This document shows, in pieces, positions 53,392-63,987 of a stretch of 64,000 nt of DNA (position 1 is its first letter; each line of letters starts with the position of its first letter). The notes beneath the pieces were generated by a model. The model did not search any database and was not told where the DNA came from. It saw only the letters and a program-made list of their open reading frames with translations. Source of the stretch: Slackia sp. (lineage in GTDB: Bacteria > Actinomycetota > Coriobacteriia > Coriobacteriales > Eggerthellaceae); contig JAUNBA010000004.1 of the NCBI GenBank assembly GCA_030527325.1, forward strand, positions 59,748 to 123,747. Direction: 5' to 3'. A program made the translations under genes and the position numbers.

Positions 53392-54841
53392 GCTCCTGAC
53401 GATCGTGGATGTCCAGCTTGGTGTAGATGTTCCTGATGTGGGCGCGTACGGTGGCGGGAGATATGCAGAGCTTTTCGGCGATGTAGGTGTTGGTGCGTCC
53501 GCGCGCCAGATACCCCAGCACCTCCGATTCCCTGCGCGTCAGCCCGCGCTGTTCGCTGAGGGCGCTCAGCGTGCATTCGAACGATTCGTCGGCGCTCTCG
53601 CCTTCGTGCTCCGCGGCCGCGCCGTTCGCGTCGCATCGCTTCTCGTCGGTCGCGTTCCGACCGCGCCCGCTGCGGGAGAATAGCAAAACGGCCATGGCCA
53701 GCACGTAGATGACGCCGCACGAGAGCACGAGAAAACGCATGGTGGGGGAGGCTTCGCCTTGTGCCGGTCCGCCGAGGGCGTTGCCGGCCATGAGCGCGGC
53801 GAGCAGGCTCGCCTTGGCGCACATGGCGGACCATGCGAACAATCCGTAGCTGGACACGCCGCAGGCACGCGCGACCTGCGATACCTGGTAGACCACGAGC
53901 ACGGCCACGAAGTCGTAGCTCGCCAGCAGCAGGGTGCTGAACAGGCGCGAGTAGCCGTCGCTTGCGAACGGTACGAACACCACCATGGCCGCGATGACGG
54001 GAAACGCCATGCGCAGCAACGTCGAGGCGGCGGGAAGGCGGTCGGCCGCGAAGGCCGAAAGGCAGAAAAGCGCCGAAGCGATGGCGACGGACAGCGCGGG
54101 GATGACGTCCGATCCCGCGAATTGCATCGACGCCGCCAGCATGAAGCTGTTGATGGCTCCGATCACCGCCTCGAGCGCGCACAGCGCCAGCAGCGCGTCG
54201 CCGATGCCCGCGAAGGCTTTCCGCCTGCCGGTTCGCCTGTCCGCGATTTCGCCCTGCGGCATGAAGGAGTGCCGCGCCGCATCGCGCCGGGCGCGCATCA
54301 GCAAGGCGGCGCTTGCGATAAGCGCGGCTATCGCGCTGCAGGCTCCCGCAGTCTGCGGCATGCAGGTGAAGGCGTACTGAAGCGGGGCGCTGACGATCGA
54401 TCCGCATCCTATGACTGCGATGGCCGACGTGGGCTTCGAATGCGAAAACACTTCTATCCAGGACAGCTTGATCATGATGGAGCCGAGTGCGAACGCCCCG
54501 GTGGGCAAGACGAGCACGGCGTCGGGCGAAAGCGCCTCGCGCAGCGGCGTATGCACGGCCGCGATCGATCCCGCCAGTATGGCGCAGGGTAGCACGACGG
54601 GCATGGAAAACGGCCTGGGCCGCTTGAAAGCGCACAGCAGCGCGACCGCGCCCGCGCATATGACGACCGCCAGCGAGCTCGCCACGTTGAACGCCTGGTC
54701 GGTCATGAAGATGAACGAGCCGTCGGCAAGCGCGAAGCGCGAGAGGTAGATCGACGAGTTCGCCGCCCTGAACAAGGCGTAGCCGACGATCGCCGCCGCA
54801 AGCGCGAGCGCGCGACGGTCGCGGATATTCGCATCTGACAT
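53369..54841 (-). CDS. Multi-transmembrane LuxR-family regulator
   Basis: About 12 TMs plus LTRRESEVL...TVRAHIRNIYTKLDIH. Divergent from the flavoprotein gene. Confidence 0.92.
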   Translation of the reverse strand: MSDANIRDRRALALAAAIVGYALFRAANSSIYLSRFALADGSFIFMTDQAFNVASSLAVVICAGAVALLCAFKRPRPFSMPVVLPCAILAGSIAAVHTPLREALSPDAVLVLPTGAFALGSIMIKLSWIEVFSHSKPTSAIAVIGCGSIVSAPLQYAFTCMPQTAGACSAIAALIASAALLMRARRDAARHSFMPQGEIADRRTGRRKAFAGIGDALLALCALEAVIGAINSFMLAASMQFAGSDVIPALSVAIASALFCLSAFAADRLPAASTLLRMAFPVIAAMVVFVPFASDGYSRLFSTLLLASYDFVAVLVVYQVSQVARACGVSSYGLFAWSAMCAKASLLAALMAGNALGGPAQGEASPTMRFLVLSCGVIYVLAMAVLLFSRSGRGRNATDEKRCDANGAAAEHEGESADESFECTLSALSEQRGLTRRESEVLGYLARGRTNTYIAEKLCISPATVRAHIRNIYTKLDIHDRQELIDLFQQ

Positions 54842-54894
54842 GGATCCCCTTTCCTTATATCTCTATTGTAGCCGCCGCGCACCTGCTGCGCTTT

Positions 54895-54948
54895 TTCATT
54901 TTGTACGCGTTTGACCTGGTGTTATATAAAAATAGTTCATTTTGTACG
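54895..54948. promoter_or_regulatory. 13-bp direct repeat, candidate LuxR binding sites
   Basis: TTCATTTTGTACG at 54895-54907 and 54936-54948 (41-bp period). Confidence 0.55.
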
Positions 54949-55035
54949 GTGCATCGGCGATAGGTTTCGGCGCATAGTCGGGACCTATCGGCGCCGCAGA
55001 CGAGGCGGCGCGTACTCAAGGAGGGGAGGCATCTG

Positions 55036-56523
55036 ATGGATGCAACGTATGATCGCCGCGGCTTTTTGAAAGGGGCGCTCGCTTCGGGCGCCGTGTTGCT
55101 GGCAGGCGGCGCCATGGTCGGCTGCTCGGGCGAAAAAGAGCCTGCGTCCGACGGCGATACGCTCGTCGGCTTCGAGCCGGTGAACTTTTCCGAGGAGACC
55201 GACGTTTTGATCATCGGCACGGGCATCGCGGGCCTTTCGGCCGCTATGGATCCGGTCGAGGCGGGCTTCAAGGTCATGCTGGCCGATAAGCGCGACACCT
55301 ACGGCGGAGAGAGCTTCATGGCGTGCGGCGTCATGAACGTCGCGGGTTCGCAGCACCAGAAGAAGGCGGGCGTCGAAGGCGACCCGGTCGCTTCCTGGGA
55401 AAAGTACGCTCCCGTCATCGAGAAGAAGGGCGAGACCGATGACATGGAGTACAAGAAGAACGTCTATCTGAAGCAGACCGAATGGGCCGACCGCGTCGAA
55501 GCCGATTACGGCGCGCAGTTCCAGCCGCTCGAGGACTACATGAACACGGGCGCGCCGACCTCCATGCTGCTTCCCCAGCACGGCATCGGCGATATGACCA
55601 CCGTGCTGACCCCGCTGATCGAGGGTCTGCAAGACAAGGGCGCCACGGTCGAGCTGAACCGCAAGGCGACCAATTTCATCATCGACGCCGACGGCAACCC
55701 GACGGGCGTGCGCTTCGTGGACCAGAGCAACGGCAAGATCATCGACGTGAAGGCGAAAAAGATCGTGCTTGCCACGGGCGGCTTCTCCTGCAACCAGGAG
55801 ATGGTTTCCGAATTCATGCCTCAGCAGGCCAAACTGTGCCCGCTGACGGTGTACTCCATGGGCGAGGGCCACGAGCTCGGCCGTTCCATCGGCGGCGTGT
55901 ATTCCCGCATGGACATGGATTCCAACCGCATGAGCGACTTGGCGCAGGTCACGGTTTGGGGCTACTTCGGACGCAACGTCCAGGTGACGCCCATGGGACG
56001 CCGCTTCATCAAAGAAGACCAGTCCCATGACAGCCCGAGCGCCGTCGCCGAGCAGGGCTTCGGCTACTGGTGGAGCATTTTCGACCATCAGCTCATCGAG
56101 GGTTCTCAGGCCTGGAACGTCGAAACCAACATGAAGGCCCACGCCGATCGCCTGGTCGGTCCGTGCGACACGCTCGACGATCTGGCGGCTGCCATGGACG
56201 TGCCCGCCGATAACCTCAAGGCCACGTTCGCCGAATACGACGGCTATGTGGATGCGGGCGAGGATGCGGCCTTCGGTAAGAAGCTCTTCCTCGAGAAGCT
56301 GGAGGCGCCGTATTACGCCCTCAAGCACTTCCCGTTCCGCTATAAGACGCACGGCGGTCTGAAGATCGCGACGGACAGCCAGCTGGTCGACGCCAAAGGC
56401 GAGCCCATCGCGAACGTGTACTGCTGCGGTTCGACCACGCCCGACAGCGGCAGCGACCTTGCGCCGAATGCCGGCAGCGGCCTTGTGACGGGCCAGGCCG
56501 TGGTCGCCTCCCTGCAGGCATAA
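55036..56523 (+). CDS. Tat-exported FAD-dependent reductase (flavocytochrome c flavin-subunit family), lipoprotein
   Basis: DRRGFLK...MVGC signal, IIGTGIAG, VLATGGF, GRRFIKE and APYYA motifs. Confidence 0.88.
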   Translation: MDATYDRRGFLKGALASGAVLLAGGAMVGCSGEKEPASDGDTLVGFEPVNFSEETDVLIIGTGIAGLSAAMDPVEAGFKVMLADKRDTYGGESFMACGVMNVAGSQHQKKAGVEGDPVASWEKYAPVIEKKGETDDMEYKKNVYLKQTEWADRVEADYGAQFQPLEDYMNTGAPTSMLLPQHGIGDMTTVLTPLIEGLQDKGATVELNRKATNFIIDADGNPTGVRFVDQSNGKIIDVKAKKIVLATGGFSCNQEMVSEFMPQQAKLCPLTVYSMGEGHELGRSIGGVYSRMDMDSNRMSDLAQVTVWGYFGRNVQVTPMGRRFIKEDQSHDSPSAVAEQGFGYWWSIFDHQLIEGSQAWNVETNMKAHADRLVGPCDTLDDLAAAMDVPADNLKATFAEYDGYVDAGEDAAFGKKLFLEKLEAPYYALKHFPFRYKTHGGLKIATDSQLVDAKGEPIANVYCCGSTTPDSGSDLAPNAGSGLVTGQAVVASLQA

Positions 56524-56574
56524 ACATGCCTTTTCCTGAAGGGCCGCGACCCCTCCCATTGCGGCCCGATGCAT

Positions 56575-56606
56575 ACGGAAGGCCCCGCATATGCGGGGCC
56601 TTCCGT
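56575..56606. terminator. Perfect 32-bp palindrome between convergent genes (bidirectional terminator candidate)
   Basis: ACGGAAGGCCCCGCATATGCGGGGCCTTCCGT. Confidence 0.65.
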
Positions 56607-56629
56607 GCGTCATGGCGCGGCGTCTTCGT

Positions 56630-57169
56630 TTAGAACAGGCCTGCGACAAACGATCCGAGCATGCCGGCGAGAAAGCCGACGATCGCCGCCACGCCCGCGC
56701 TTACGGCCGCCGTGCGGATGTCGATGCCGCGTGCGACGCCTGCGAGGCGTTCTTTGGCGGGCTTGCCCTCGGATGCCTTGACGGGGCGGTTCTGTCCGTC
56801 CCATGCCTCCGATACGGCGCGGCCCAGCGGCGTGACCTCGAAGAACAAAAATCCGCCTTCGGCGTCGGCGCCGTCGATCAAGCCGCGTTTGTGCAGCAGG
56901 CGGTAGACGGCGCACGATTTGTCGTCGAACGCGAATTCCTCGCCCGTGGGACATAGGCTGCGAAACGCCGCGTACACGACGTCTTCGCCGTTGCGCTCCG
57001 CCGTCACGAGCGCGTGCAGTTCGGTGCCTTCCTCGCGCGTGATGGCGCGGGCGATATTTTCGGGCGACGGGTCGTTTTCGGCGGTCGCGGTCGCTTCGGC
57101 GGCGGGGCCGTCCGCGGCGGCCGCGGCGGCCGCGACGTCTTCGGTTTCGGCGGATGGTGCTTCTGACAT
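56630..57169 (-). CDS. Hypothetical protein, possible winged-helix domain plus C-terminal TM
   Basis: GAGGAGG RBS, LHKRGLI...EVTPLG wHTH-like segment and a hydrophobic C-terminus. Confidence 0.65.
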   Translation of the reverse strand: MSEAPSAETEDVAAAAAAADGPAAEATATAENDPSPENIARAITREEGTELHALVTAERNGEDVVYAAFRSLCPTGEEFAFDDKSCAVYRLLHKRGLIDGADAEGGFLFFEVTPLGRAVSEAWDGQNRPVKASEGKPAKERLAGVARGIDIRTAAVSAGVAAIVGFLAGMLGSFVAGLF

Positions 57170-57449
57170 GGGTCCTCCTCTTATCCAGCTGGATTCTACC
57201 GGGCATGCGCGTTCGCGGCGGCGGCCGTTGCGAAAACTTCGCCGCATGCACAAGCCGTCCGCCGATGCCGTGCGCTTTCGTGCCGTCCGCTGAATCTTGC
57301 GGGCCGTTGCGCCGTCCGCGCGCCGGGCCGCTTCCCGTTTCGTTTACACTGATGTGCATCGTGCGCCCTGCCGGAGCGCTTGCGCGCCGCCGGGTTTCGC
57401 CCATGCGGGGAGCGCGATGTCATGAGGAAACCTATATAGGAGGAACGTC

Positions 57450-58388
57450 ATGCCCAAGATCGATCGCGATCAGGTGAAGGTGCCCGTCGATGTAAGCCGC
57501 GACGCGCGTGAGACCTACATCGACAATTACATGGCCGCAACGCGCGGCACGGGTCGTTTGATGCTGTTCGCGTGCGACCAGAAGGTCGAACACCTCAACG
57601 GCGATTTCTACGGCGAGGGCATCGATCCCGCCGACCTCGACCCCGAGCATCTGTTCAAGATCGGCTCCGAGGGCGTGTGCGGCGTGCTCGCAGGCCAGCG
57701 CGGCCTGATCGCCCGCTATGCGGCCGATTATCCCGAGATCAACTATCTCGTGAAGATGAATTCCAAGACCAACCTGGTCAAGACGGCTCAGGACGATCCG
57801 TACAGCCCGCAGCTGCATGATTTGCAGGCCGTGCTCGACATGCGCGAGCAGGGCGTCAACATCGTGGGCCTGGGCTACACCATCTACCTGGGCAGCGAGT
57901 ACGAATCCACCATGCTCGCCGAGGCGGGCCAGCTCATCGCCGAGGCCCATGCCGCGGGCCTGCTCGTGGTGCTGTGGATCTACCCGCGCGGCAAGGCCGT
58001 CGCCGACGAGAAGGCTCCTTCCCTGATCGCGGGCGCTGCGGGCGTCGCGCTGTGCCTGGGCGCCGATTTCGTCAAGGTGAACCCGCCCAAGGCGGAAGGC
58101 GACGCCACGTCCGCCGAGAATCTCGCCATCGCCGCCAAGGCGGCGGGCCGCACGGGTCTGGTGTGCGCGGGAGGTTCCACGGTCGACGCCGAGACGTTCC
58201 TCACGCAGCTGCATGACCAGATCCACGTGGGCGGCGCTTGCGGCAACGCCACCGGCCGCAACATTCACCAGCGCAGCCTCGACGAGGCGGTGCGCCTGAC
58301 CAAGGCCATCAGCGCCATCACGCTGGCCGATTACGACGTGGCTCGCGCGCTCAAGGTGTTCGAGGGCGAAGAGGACTTCGCGCTGTAG
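57450..58388 (+). CDS. Class I (DhnA-type) fructose-bisphosphate aldolase
   Basis: FACDQKVEH, GYTIYLGS, WIYPRG, GADFVK and GRNIHQ motifs. Confidence 0.88.
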   Translation: MPKIDRDQVKVPVDVSRDARETYIDNYMAATRGTGRLMLFACDQKVEHLNGDFYGEGIDPADLDPEHLFKIGSEGVCGVLAGQRGLIARYAADYPEINYLVKMNSKTNLVKTAQDDPYSPQLHDLQAVLDMREQGVNIVGLGYTIYLGSEYESTMLAEAGQLIAEAHAAGLLVVLWIYPRGKAVADEKAPSLIAGAAGVALCLGADFVKVNPPKAEGDATSAENLAIAAKAAGRTGLVCAGGSTVDAETFLTQLHDQIHVGGACGNATGRNIHQRSLDEAVRLTKAISAITLADYDVARALKVFEGEEDFAL

Positions 58389-58733
58389 TCGTTTTTCGCG
58401 CTTTTCGAGCGGGGTTCGCATGCCGCGCATTCGTGCGTTCGTGTAATGCCGCATGCGGCCGTATCACCGGTATTTCAAGGAGGGCTGTCGCACGCCTCGC
58501 GTGCGCCGGCCCTCCTTTTGCGTCGGCGACCTGCGCGGGCGCCGGGATGCGTTCGGGGCCGCTCGGCGATGCGCGCCCGGCCGCGTCGGGAGAGCGCGGC
58601 GCCCCTTCTTTTTTTCGCACGTGCAAGGAGGGGCGCAAGAGGGGCGCGCGCCGTCCGCCGTTCTTGCGCAGCCGTTCGTTGCGGGTATGATGGGCGCAGG
58701 CGTTTCAATTCCTACGAGATGGAGGGGTGCTCT

Positions 58734-59630
58734 ATGATCGAGCTGTCCGACGACAAGGTTCTGTATGCGTTCTCGAAAGACCTCGAGCCCGCATTGACGG
58801 TGCAATCGGGGGAGACCGTGCGCATCCGCACGAAAGACTGCTTCGGCAATCAGGTGCAAACCCCCGAAGACGAGCTCGATTCCATCGATTGGGACGCCAT
58901 CAACCCCGCGACAGGCCCCGTCTACGTCGAAGGCGCCGTCGCGGGAGGCGCGCTCAAAGTGCACATCGACGCCATCGAGTTCGACGGCCGCACGGCGAGT
59001 TGCACGGGCGAAAACGAAGGCGTGTACGGCGATAGGCTCGACCGCTGGGCCACGCGTCTGTGCGAGATCGACGGCGACGAGCTGATATGGGACGACTGCG
59101 TCCGGCTGCCGCTGACGCCGATGATCGGCGTGATCGGCGTGGCTCCTGCGGGCGAGCCCGTGAACTGCGGAACGCCCGGCACGCACGGCGGCAATATGGA
59201 CAACGCCAAGATCGCCCCCGGCGCCACGCTGTATTTTCCCGTGGCGACAGACGGCGCGTTGTTCGGCTGCGGCGACATGCATGCCGTGATGGGCGACGGG
59301 GAGGTGAGCGTTTCGGGCGCCGAGGCCGCAGGCCACGCCACCGTCACGCTGACCGTGCTGCCCGACCTTGCTATCGACACGCCCTTGATCGAGACCGAAA
59401 CCGAGTTCGGCGTCGTGTATTCCGCCGAAACGCTCGACGCGGCCGCCGACGGGGCGGTGCATCGCATGGTCGATTTGGCGGCCGACCGCACGGGCAAAGA
59501 CGCGGCCGACCTGGTCATGCTGTTCAGCCTGTGCGGCAACGTGGAAGTGTGCCAGATGGTCGATCCGCAGAAAACGGTGCGCTTCATGGTGCCCAAGCGC
59601 GTGCTTAAGGCTTACGGATTCGAGCTGTAA
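58734..59630 (+). CDS. Acetamidase/formamidase family protein
   Basis: NPATGPVYVEGA, HGGNMD and GDMHAVMGDGE motifs. Confidence 0.92.
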   Translation: MIELSDDKVLYAFSKDLEPALTVQSGETVRIRTKDCFGNQVQTPEDELDSIDWDAINPATGPVYVEGAVAGGALKVHIDAIEFDGRTASCTGENEGVYGDRLDRWATRLCEIDGDELIWDDCVRLPLTPMIGVIGVAPAGEPVNCGTPGTHGGNMDNAKIAPGATLYFPVATDGALFGCGDMHAVMGDGEVSVSGAEAAGHATVTLTVLPDLAIDTPLIETETEFGVVYSAETLDAAADGAVHRMVDLAADRTGKDAADLVMLFSLCGNVEVCQMVDPQKTVRFMVPKRVLKAYGFEL

Positions 59631-59702
59631 CGCGCGTTTCATGCAAGGCGGGCGGCTTCGATGCGCGATGCCGCCCGCGTCGATTCTATCGAGAGGAGCG
59701 CT

Positions 59703-60158
59703 ATGCGATTCGAAAGCGGCAGCGTCGAGCAGACGCAGGATTGGGCGCGTTCGATGGCCCGCCGCGCGTGCGCGGGCGACGTCGTCTTGCTCGTGGGCGA
59801 CCTGGGCGCCGGAAAGACGCATTTCACGCAGGGATTCGCATCGGGATTGGGAATCGAGGACGCCGTGACCAGCCCCACGTTCAATCTGGTGTGCGAGTAT
59901 CGAGGCGGGTTGCTTCCGCTGTACCATTTCGATCTGTATCGGCTCGATTGCGCCGAGCAGCTCGACGACATCGATTATTACGGCATCACCGAAGGCGACG
60001 GCGTGTCGCTGGTGGAGTGGGGCGACAAATTCGCCGAGGCGGCGCCCGACGATTATCTGCTGCTCGATTTCACCGTGCGTCCCGACGGGGTGCGCGAAAT
60101 CGAGGCGACGCCGTTCGGCCCCCGTGCCGAAGCGTTGATCGGATGCGCCGCGCGATAG
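59703..60158 (+). CDS. tsaE: tRNA t6A biosynthesis ATPase TsaE
   Basis: GDLGAGKT, SPTF, HFDLYRL and VEW motifs. Confidence 0.95.
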   Translation: MRFESGSVEQTQDWARSMARRACAGDVVLLVGDLGAGKTHFTQGFASGLGIEDAVTSPTFNLVCEYRGGLLPLYHFDLYRLDCAEQLDDIDYYGITEGDGVSLVEWGDKFAEAAPDDYLLLDFTVRPDGVREIEATPFGPRAEALIGCAAR

Positions 60159-60252
60159 GCGCCTCGCGGGATCGTGCGCGACCGGGGGCGGAAAAGAGCG
60201 GGGCCGCATGCGCGCGGCCCCGATGCTCTTCTTCTGTTCGTAACGAACGCTT

Positions 60253-60708
60253 TTATGCTTCGGTACGCTCTTTGACCACGAGCACGTCGCAGCGCAGGTT
60301 GCGGATGAGGTAGGTGGACACGCTGCCCACGAAGACGTATTTGATGTTCGACAGCCCGCGCTCGCCGCAGATGACCAGATCGGGATCGAACGGCTCGATG
60401 ATCTGCTCGCTGAGCGTTTCGGTGATGCGTCCCGCCTTGACGACCACCTGCACTTCGGGAATGGCGGGATTGCTGCGCGCCGCTTCGAGAACGTCGGCGA
60501 TCGACGCTTCGAGCTTCGTTTTCATATCGGCCGCCAAGGCGCCGAAGTCGGTGCCCGCCGCTTCGTAGGGCACGGAATCGACCACGTGGCCGAACATGAG
60601 CGATGCGTGCGATGCGGCCGCCAGCTCGACCGCGCGTTCGGCCACCATGGCCTGGGTCGTTCCGCCGTCGAGGGCGGCGAAGATCTTTTTGTATTGCTTC
60701 GTCATCAT
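60253..60708 (-). CDS. Universal stress protein
   Basis: YKKIFAALDG and DLVICGERG...GSVSTYLIRNLRCDVLVV motifs. AGGAG RBS. Confidence 0.92.
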   Translation of the reverse strand: MMTKQYKKIFAALDGGTTQAMVAERAVELAAASHASLMFGHVVDSVPYEAAGTDFGALAADMKTKLEASIADVLEAARSNPAIPEVQVVVKAGRITETLSEQIIEPFDPDLVICGERGLSNIKYVFVGSVSTYLIRNLRCDVLVVKERTEA

Positions 60709-61014
60709 AGCTCCTGACCTCGGGTTGCTTCGTGTAGAAGCCGCCTTCATTGTAGCACTCGGCCGCAGCGGCCCGTCGCCTGCGCACGTTGCGCGGCGAG
60801 CCGTCTTCGCGCCGAGTTCCCATGCTATGCGGTTACGAAACGATACCTGCATGTGTTTTGGAATCTTGCTTCGAAGATATAGGGGGGAGCGTAAAAATAC
60901 CGCAGGTAGAGGGGCGAAATCGGGCAGGGAACATGATAGAATGCGCAAGGCAGCTGCTGAGGCGCTGTCTTTTGTGATGCCAAAATGAATTTTGTTCGTA
61001 AGTGCAATTTCTTT

Positions 61015-61023
61015 TGGTATAAT
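61015..61023 (+). promoter_or_regulatory. Extended -10 promoter of the infA/alpha operon
   Basis: TGGTATAAT within an AT-rich stretch. A second TGATAGAAT lies at 60934-60942. Confidence 0.6.
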
Positions 61024-61069
61024 TTTTTGGATGTTGCTTAAGCAAACGATGAGTGAAGAAGGAAGATTC

Positions 61070-61288
61070 TTGGCAAAAGAAGATGTCATCGAACTTGAAG
61101 GCACGGTTCTCGAGGCCCTCCCGAACGCCATGTTCAAGGTAGAGCTCGAAAACGGCCATCAGATTCTGGCGCATATCTCCGGCAAAATGCGCATGCACTA
61201 CATCAAAATCCTGCCGGGCGATAAGGTGACCGTCGAGCTTTCGGTCTACGACCTCTCTCGCGGCCGCATCACCTATCGCTTCAAGTAG
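61070..61288 (+). CDS. infA: Translation initiation factor IF-1
   Basis: TTG start, [10 protein letters not shown]...HISGKMR...GRITYR, 72 aa. Confidence 0.97.
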   Translation: MAKEDVIELEGTVLEALPNAMFKVELENGHQILAHISGKMRMHYIKILPGDKVTVELSVYDLSRGRITYRFK

Positions 61289-61476
61289 CACCTTTTCGGC
61301 TTTCGCCGATCAAGGTGCATTTCTGCGCTTAAAGCAGCGGCCGCGTGTCCGAAACATCGCAGTCATGACAACCATCGCCTGCGGCTGGGCGTGTTGCATA
61401 GAGTAAAAGGAATCAGGTTCCCCAGAGGCCGAACCGTCTCGGTCGAAGGGAAGCCGCACATTCAAAGGAGACAAAC

Positions 61477-61590
61477 ATGAAGGTCCGTCCTTCGGTCAAG
61501 AAAATGTGCGACAAGTGCAAAATCATCCGACGCCACGGCAAGGTGCTCGTTATCTGCGAGAACCCCCGTCACAAGCAGCGTCAGGGCTAA
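61477..61590 (+). CDS. rpmJ: 50S ribosomal protein L36
   Basis: Not in the ORF track. [37 protein letters not shown] with AAGGAG RBS. Confidence 0.97.
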   Translation: MKVRPSVKKMCDKCKIIRRHGKVLVICENPRHKQRQG

Positions 61591-61611
61591 AGAGAGGAAG
61601 GCTAGCTAATT

Positions 61612-61980
61612 ATGGCACGTCTGTTCGGTGTCGACCTCCCTCGCGAGAAGCGCATTGAGATCGGCTTGACTTACATCTACGGTATCGGCAACACCACCGC
61701 TAAGAAGATCATCGCAGAAACCGGCATCAACCCGGATATCCGCGTCAAGGACATTTCCGAAGACGATCTGCAGAAGATCCGCGAATACATCAGCGAGAAC
61801 CTGACGGTCGAGGGCGACCTGCACCGCGAGGTTTCTCAGAACGTTAAGCGCCTTATGGAAATCGGCTGCTACCGTGGCCTGCGTCACCGCAAGGGTCTTC
61901 CCGTTCGCGGTCAGCGCACCCACACCAACGCTCGCACCCGCAAGGGTCCCAAGCGTCAAATCGGCGGCAAGAAGAAGTAG
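61612..61980 (+). CDS. rpsM: 30S ribosomal protein S13
   Basis: LTYIYGIG and [18 protein letters not shown] motifs. Confidence 0.98.
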   Translation: MARLFGVDLPREKRIEIGLTYIYGIGNTTAKKIIAETGINPDIRVKDISEDDLQKIREYISENLTVEGDLHREVSQNVKRLMEIGCYRGLRHRKGLPVRGQRTHTNARTRKGPKRQIGGKKK

Positions 61981-61990
61981 GGATTGACAC

Positions 61991-62386
61991 ATGGCTAAGA
62001 AGAACGTTCGCACGCGCATCAAGCGCTCCGAGCGCAAGAACATTGCGGTCGGTCAGGCTCACATCAAGAGCACTTTCAACAACACCATCGTTTCCATCAC
62101 CGATCCTCAGGGTAACGTGATTTCCTGGAACTCTGCCGGCACCGTGGGCTTCAAGGGCTCTCGTAAGTCCACCCCCTTCGCTGCGCAGATGGCCGCCGAG
62201 CAGGCTGCCAAGACCGCTATGGAGCACGGCCTCAAGAAGGTCAGCGTCTTCGTGAAGGGCCCGGGTTCGGGTCGCGAGACCGCTATCCGCTCCCTGCAGG
62301 CTGCAGGCCTCGAAGTGGCCAGCATCCAGGATTGCACCCCCATCCCGCACAACGGCTGCCGTCCGTGCAAGCGCCGTCGCGTGTAG
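61991..62386 (+). CDS. rpsK: 30S ribosomal protein S11
   Basis: STFNNTI, KSTPFAA and PIPHNGCRP motifs. Confidence 0.98.
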   Translation: MAKKNVRTRIKRSERKNIAVGQAHIKSTFNNTIVSITDPQGNVISWNSAGTVGFKGSRKSTPFAAQMAAEQAAKTAMEHGLKKVSVFVKGPGSGRETAIRSLQAAGLEVASIQDCTPIPHNGCRPCKRRRV

Positions 62387-62407
62387 TTCAGAAAGGATCG
62401 AATCATT

Positions 62408-63004
62408 ATGGCAATCAATAGGACTCCGGTTCTTAAGCGCTGCCGCCAGCTCGGTATTGATCCGGTTGTGCTGGGCTACAGCAGCAAGAAAGAATCCATC
62501 CGTCAGCCCAAGCGCCGTCGCAAGGAAAGCGAATACGGCATGCAGCTGCGCGAGAAGCAGAAGGCCAAGTTCATCTACGGCGTTCTGGAGAAGCAGTTCC
62601 GCGGCTACTTCATGAAGGCGAAGCGTCAGCAGGGCATCACCGGCGAGAACCTGATGCGCATCCTCGAGTCCCGTCTCGACAACGTCGTCTTCCGCCTGGG
62701 CTTCGCCCGCACCCGTAAAGAGGCTCGCCAGACCGTGACCCACGGCCACATTCTGGTGAACGGCAAGCGCGTCGACATTCCGTCTTACCGCGTGCGCCCC
62801 GGCGACCTGGTTTCCGTGGCTCCCAAGGCCAAGGAAATGCTGGTCATCAAGAGCGCTCTCGTGTCCAACGAGCGTATGCAGGTTCCCGCATGGCTCGAAG
62901 TCGACATCGAGAAGCTGCAGGGCAGCGTGCTCTCCCTTCCCAACCGCGATCAGATCGACCTGGATATCAACGAGCAGCTTATCGTCGAGCTCTACTCTAA
63001 GTAA
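62408..63004 (+). CDS. rpsD: 30S ribosomal protein S4
   Basis: QLREKQK, LESRLDN and IVELYSK motifs. Confidence 0.98.
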   Translation: MAINRTPVLKRCRQLGIDPVVLGYSSKKESIRQPKRRRKESEYGMQLREKQKAKFIYGVLEKQFRGYFMKAKRQQGITGENLMRILESRLDNVVFRLGFARTRKEARQTVTHGHILVNGKRVDIPSYRVRPGDLVSVAPKAKEMLVIKSALVSNERMQVPAWLEVDIEKLQGSVLSLPNRDQIDLDINEQLIVELYSK

Positions 63005-63036
63005 TAACCAGCGGCTGATTAGGAGGCTTACAAACT

Positions 63037-63987
63037 ATGGCAGAGTTCATGAGGCCAACCGTCACTACCGAGGAAGTGAACGATACCGTCGCTCGCTTCA
63101 TCGTAGAGCCGCTCGAGCGTGGTTTCGGATATACGCTGGGCAACTGCATGCGTCGCGTGCTGTTGTCCTCCCTGGACGGCGCGAAAGCGACCGCGATCCA
63201 GATCGAAGGCGTGCAGCATGAGTTCACGACCGCCGAGGGCGTGATCGAAGATGTCACCGACATCGTCCTCAACGTGAAGGGCCTGGTCTTCTCCGCCCTT
63301 TCCGAGGACTACACCGAAGCGACCGCGACCATTTCCGTCGAGGGCCCTTGCACGGTGACCGGTGCCGACATCAACGTGCCTGCCGAGTTCACGCTCGTTA
63401 ACCCCGAGCACGTCATCGCCACGGTGGCCGATGGCGGCACGTTGAACATGAGCATCCGCATCGGCGTGGGTCGTGGCTATGTTTCGGCTGAACGCAACAA
63501 GCGTACCGAAGACCCCATCGGCATCATCCATGTGGACAGCCTGTTCTCTCCCGTGCGTCGTTGCACCCTCGCGGTCAGCGACACGCGCGTGGGTCAGCGT
63601 ACCGACTACGATAAGCTGGTTCTCGAGGTCGAGACCGACGGCTCCATCGTCCCCAACGAGGCGGTGTGCCGCGCGGCCAACATCATCAACCAGTACATGG
63701 GCGCGTTTTTGACCCTGGCCGACATCACTGACGAGGATGAGGGCGAGATTCCCTCCATCTTCGCTCCCGAGGGCCAGGAGGCCAACGCTGAGCTCGATAA
63801 GCAGATCGAGGATCTGGACCTGTCCGTCCGCTCCTACAACTGCTTGAAGCGCGCCGGTATCCATTCCGTGCGTCAGCTGGTCGAGTTCTCCGAGAACGAC
63901 CTGCTCAACATCCGTAACTTTGGCGCGAAGTCCATCGAAGAGGTCAAAGACAAGCTGATCTCCATGGACCTCAACTTGAAGCAATAA
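63037..63987 (+). CDS. rpoA: RNA polymerase alpha subunit
   Basis: EPLERGFGYTLGN and LSVRSYNCLKRAGI motifs. Confidence 0.98.
   Translation: MAEFMRPTVTTEEVNDTVARFIVEPLERGFGYTLGNCMRRVLLSSLDGAKATAIQIEGVQHEFTTAEGVIEDVTDIVLNVKGLVFSALSEDYTEATATISVEGPCTVTGADINVPAEFTLVNPEHVIATVADGGTLNMSIRIGVGRGYVSAERNKRTEDPIGIIHVDSLFSPVRRCTLAVSDTRVGQRTDYDKLVLEVETDGSIVPNEAVCRAANIINQYMGAFLTLADITDEDEGEIPSIFAPEGQEANAELDKQIEDLDLSVRSYNCLKRAGIHSVRQLVEFSENDLLNIRNFGAKSIEEVKDKLISMDLNLKQ

Noticed and set aside
60840-61060. AT-rich patch as foreign DNA
   Set aside because: Better explained as the promoter region of the infA/alpha operon.
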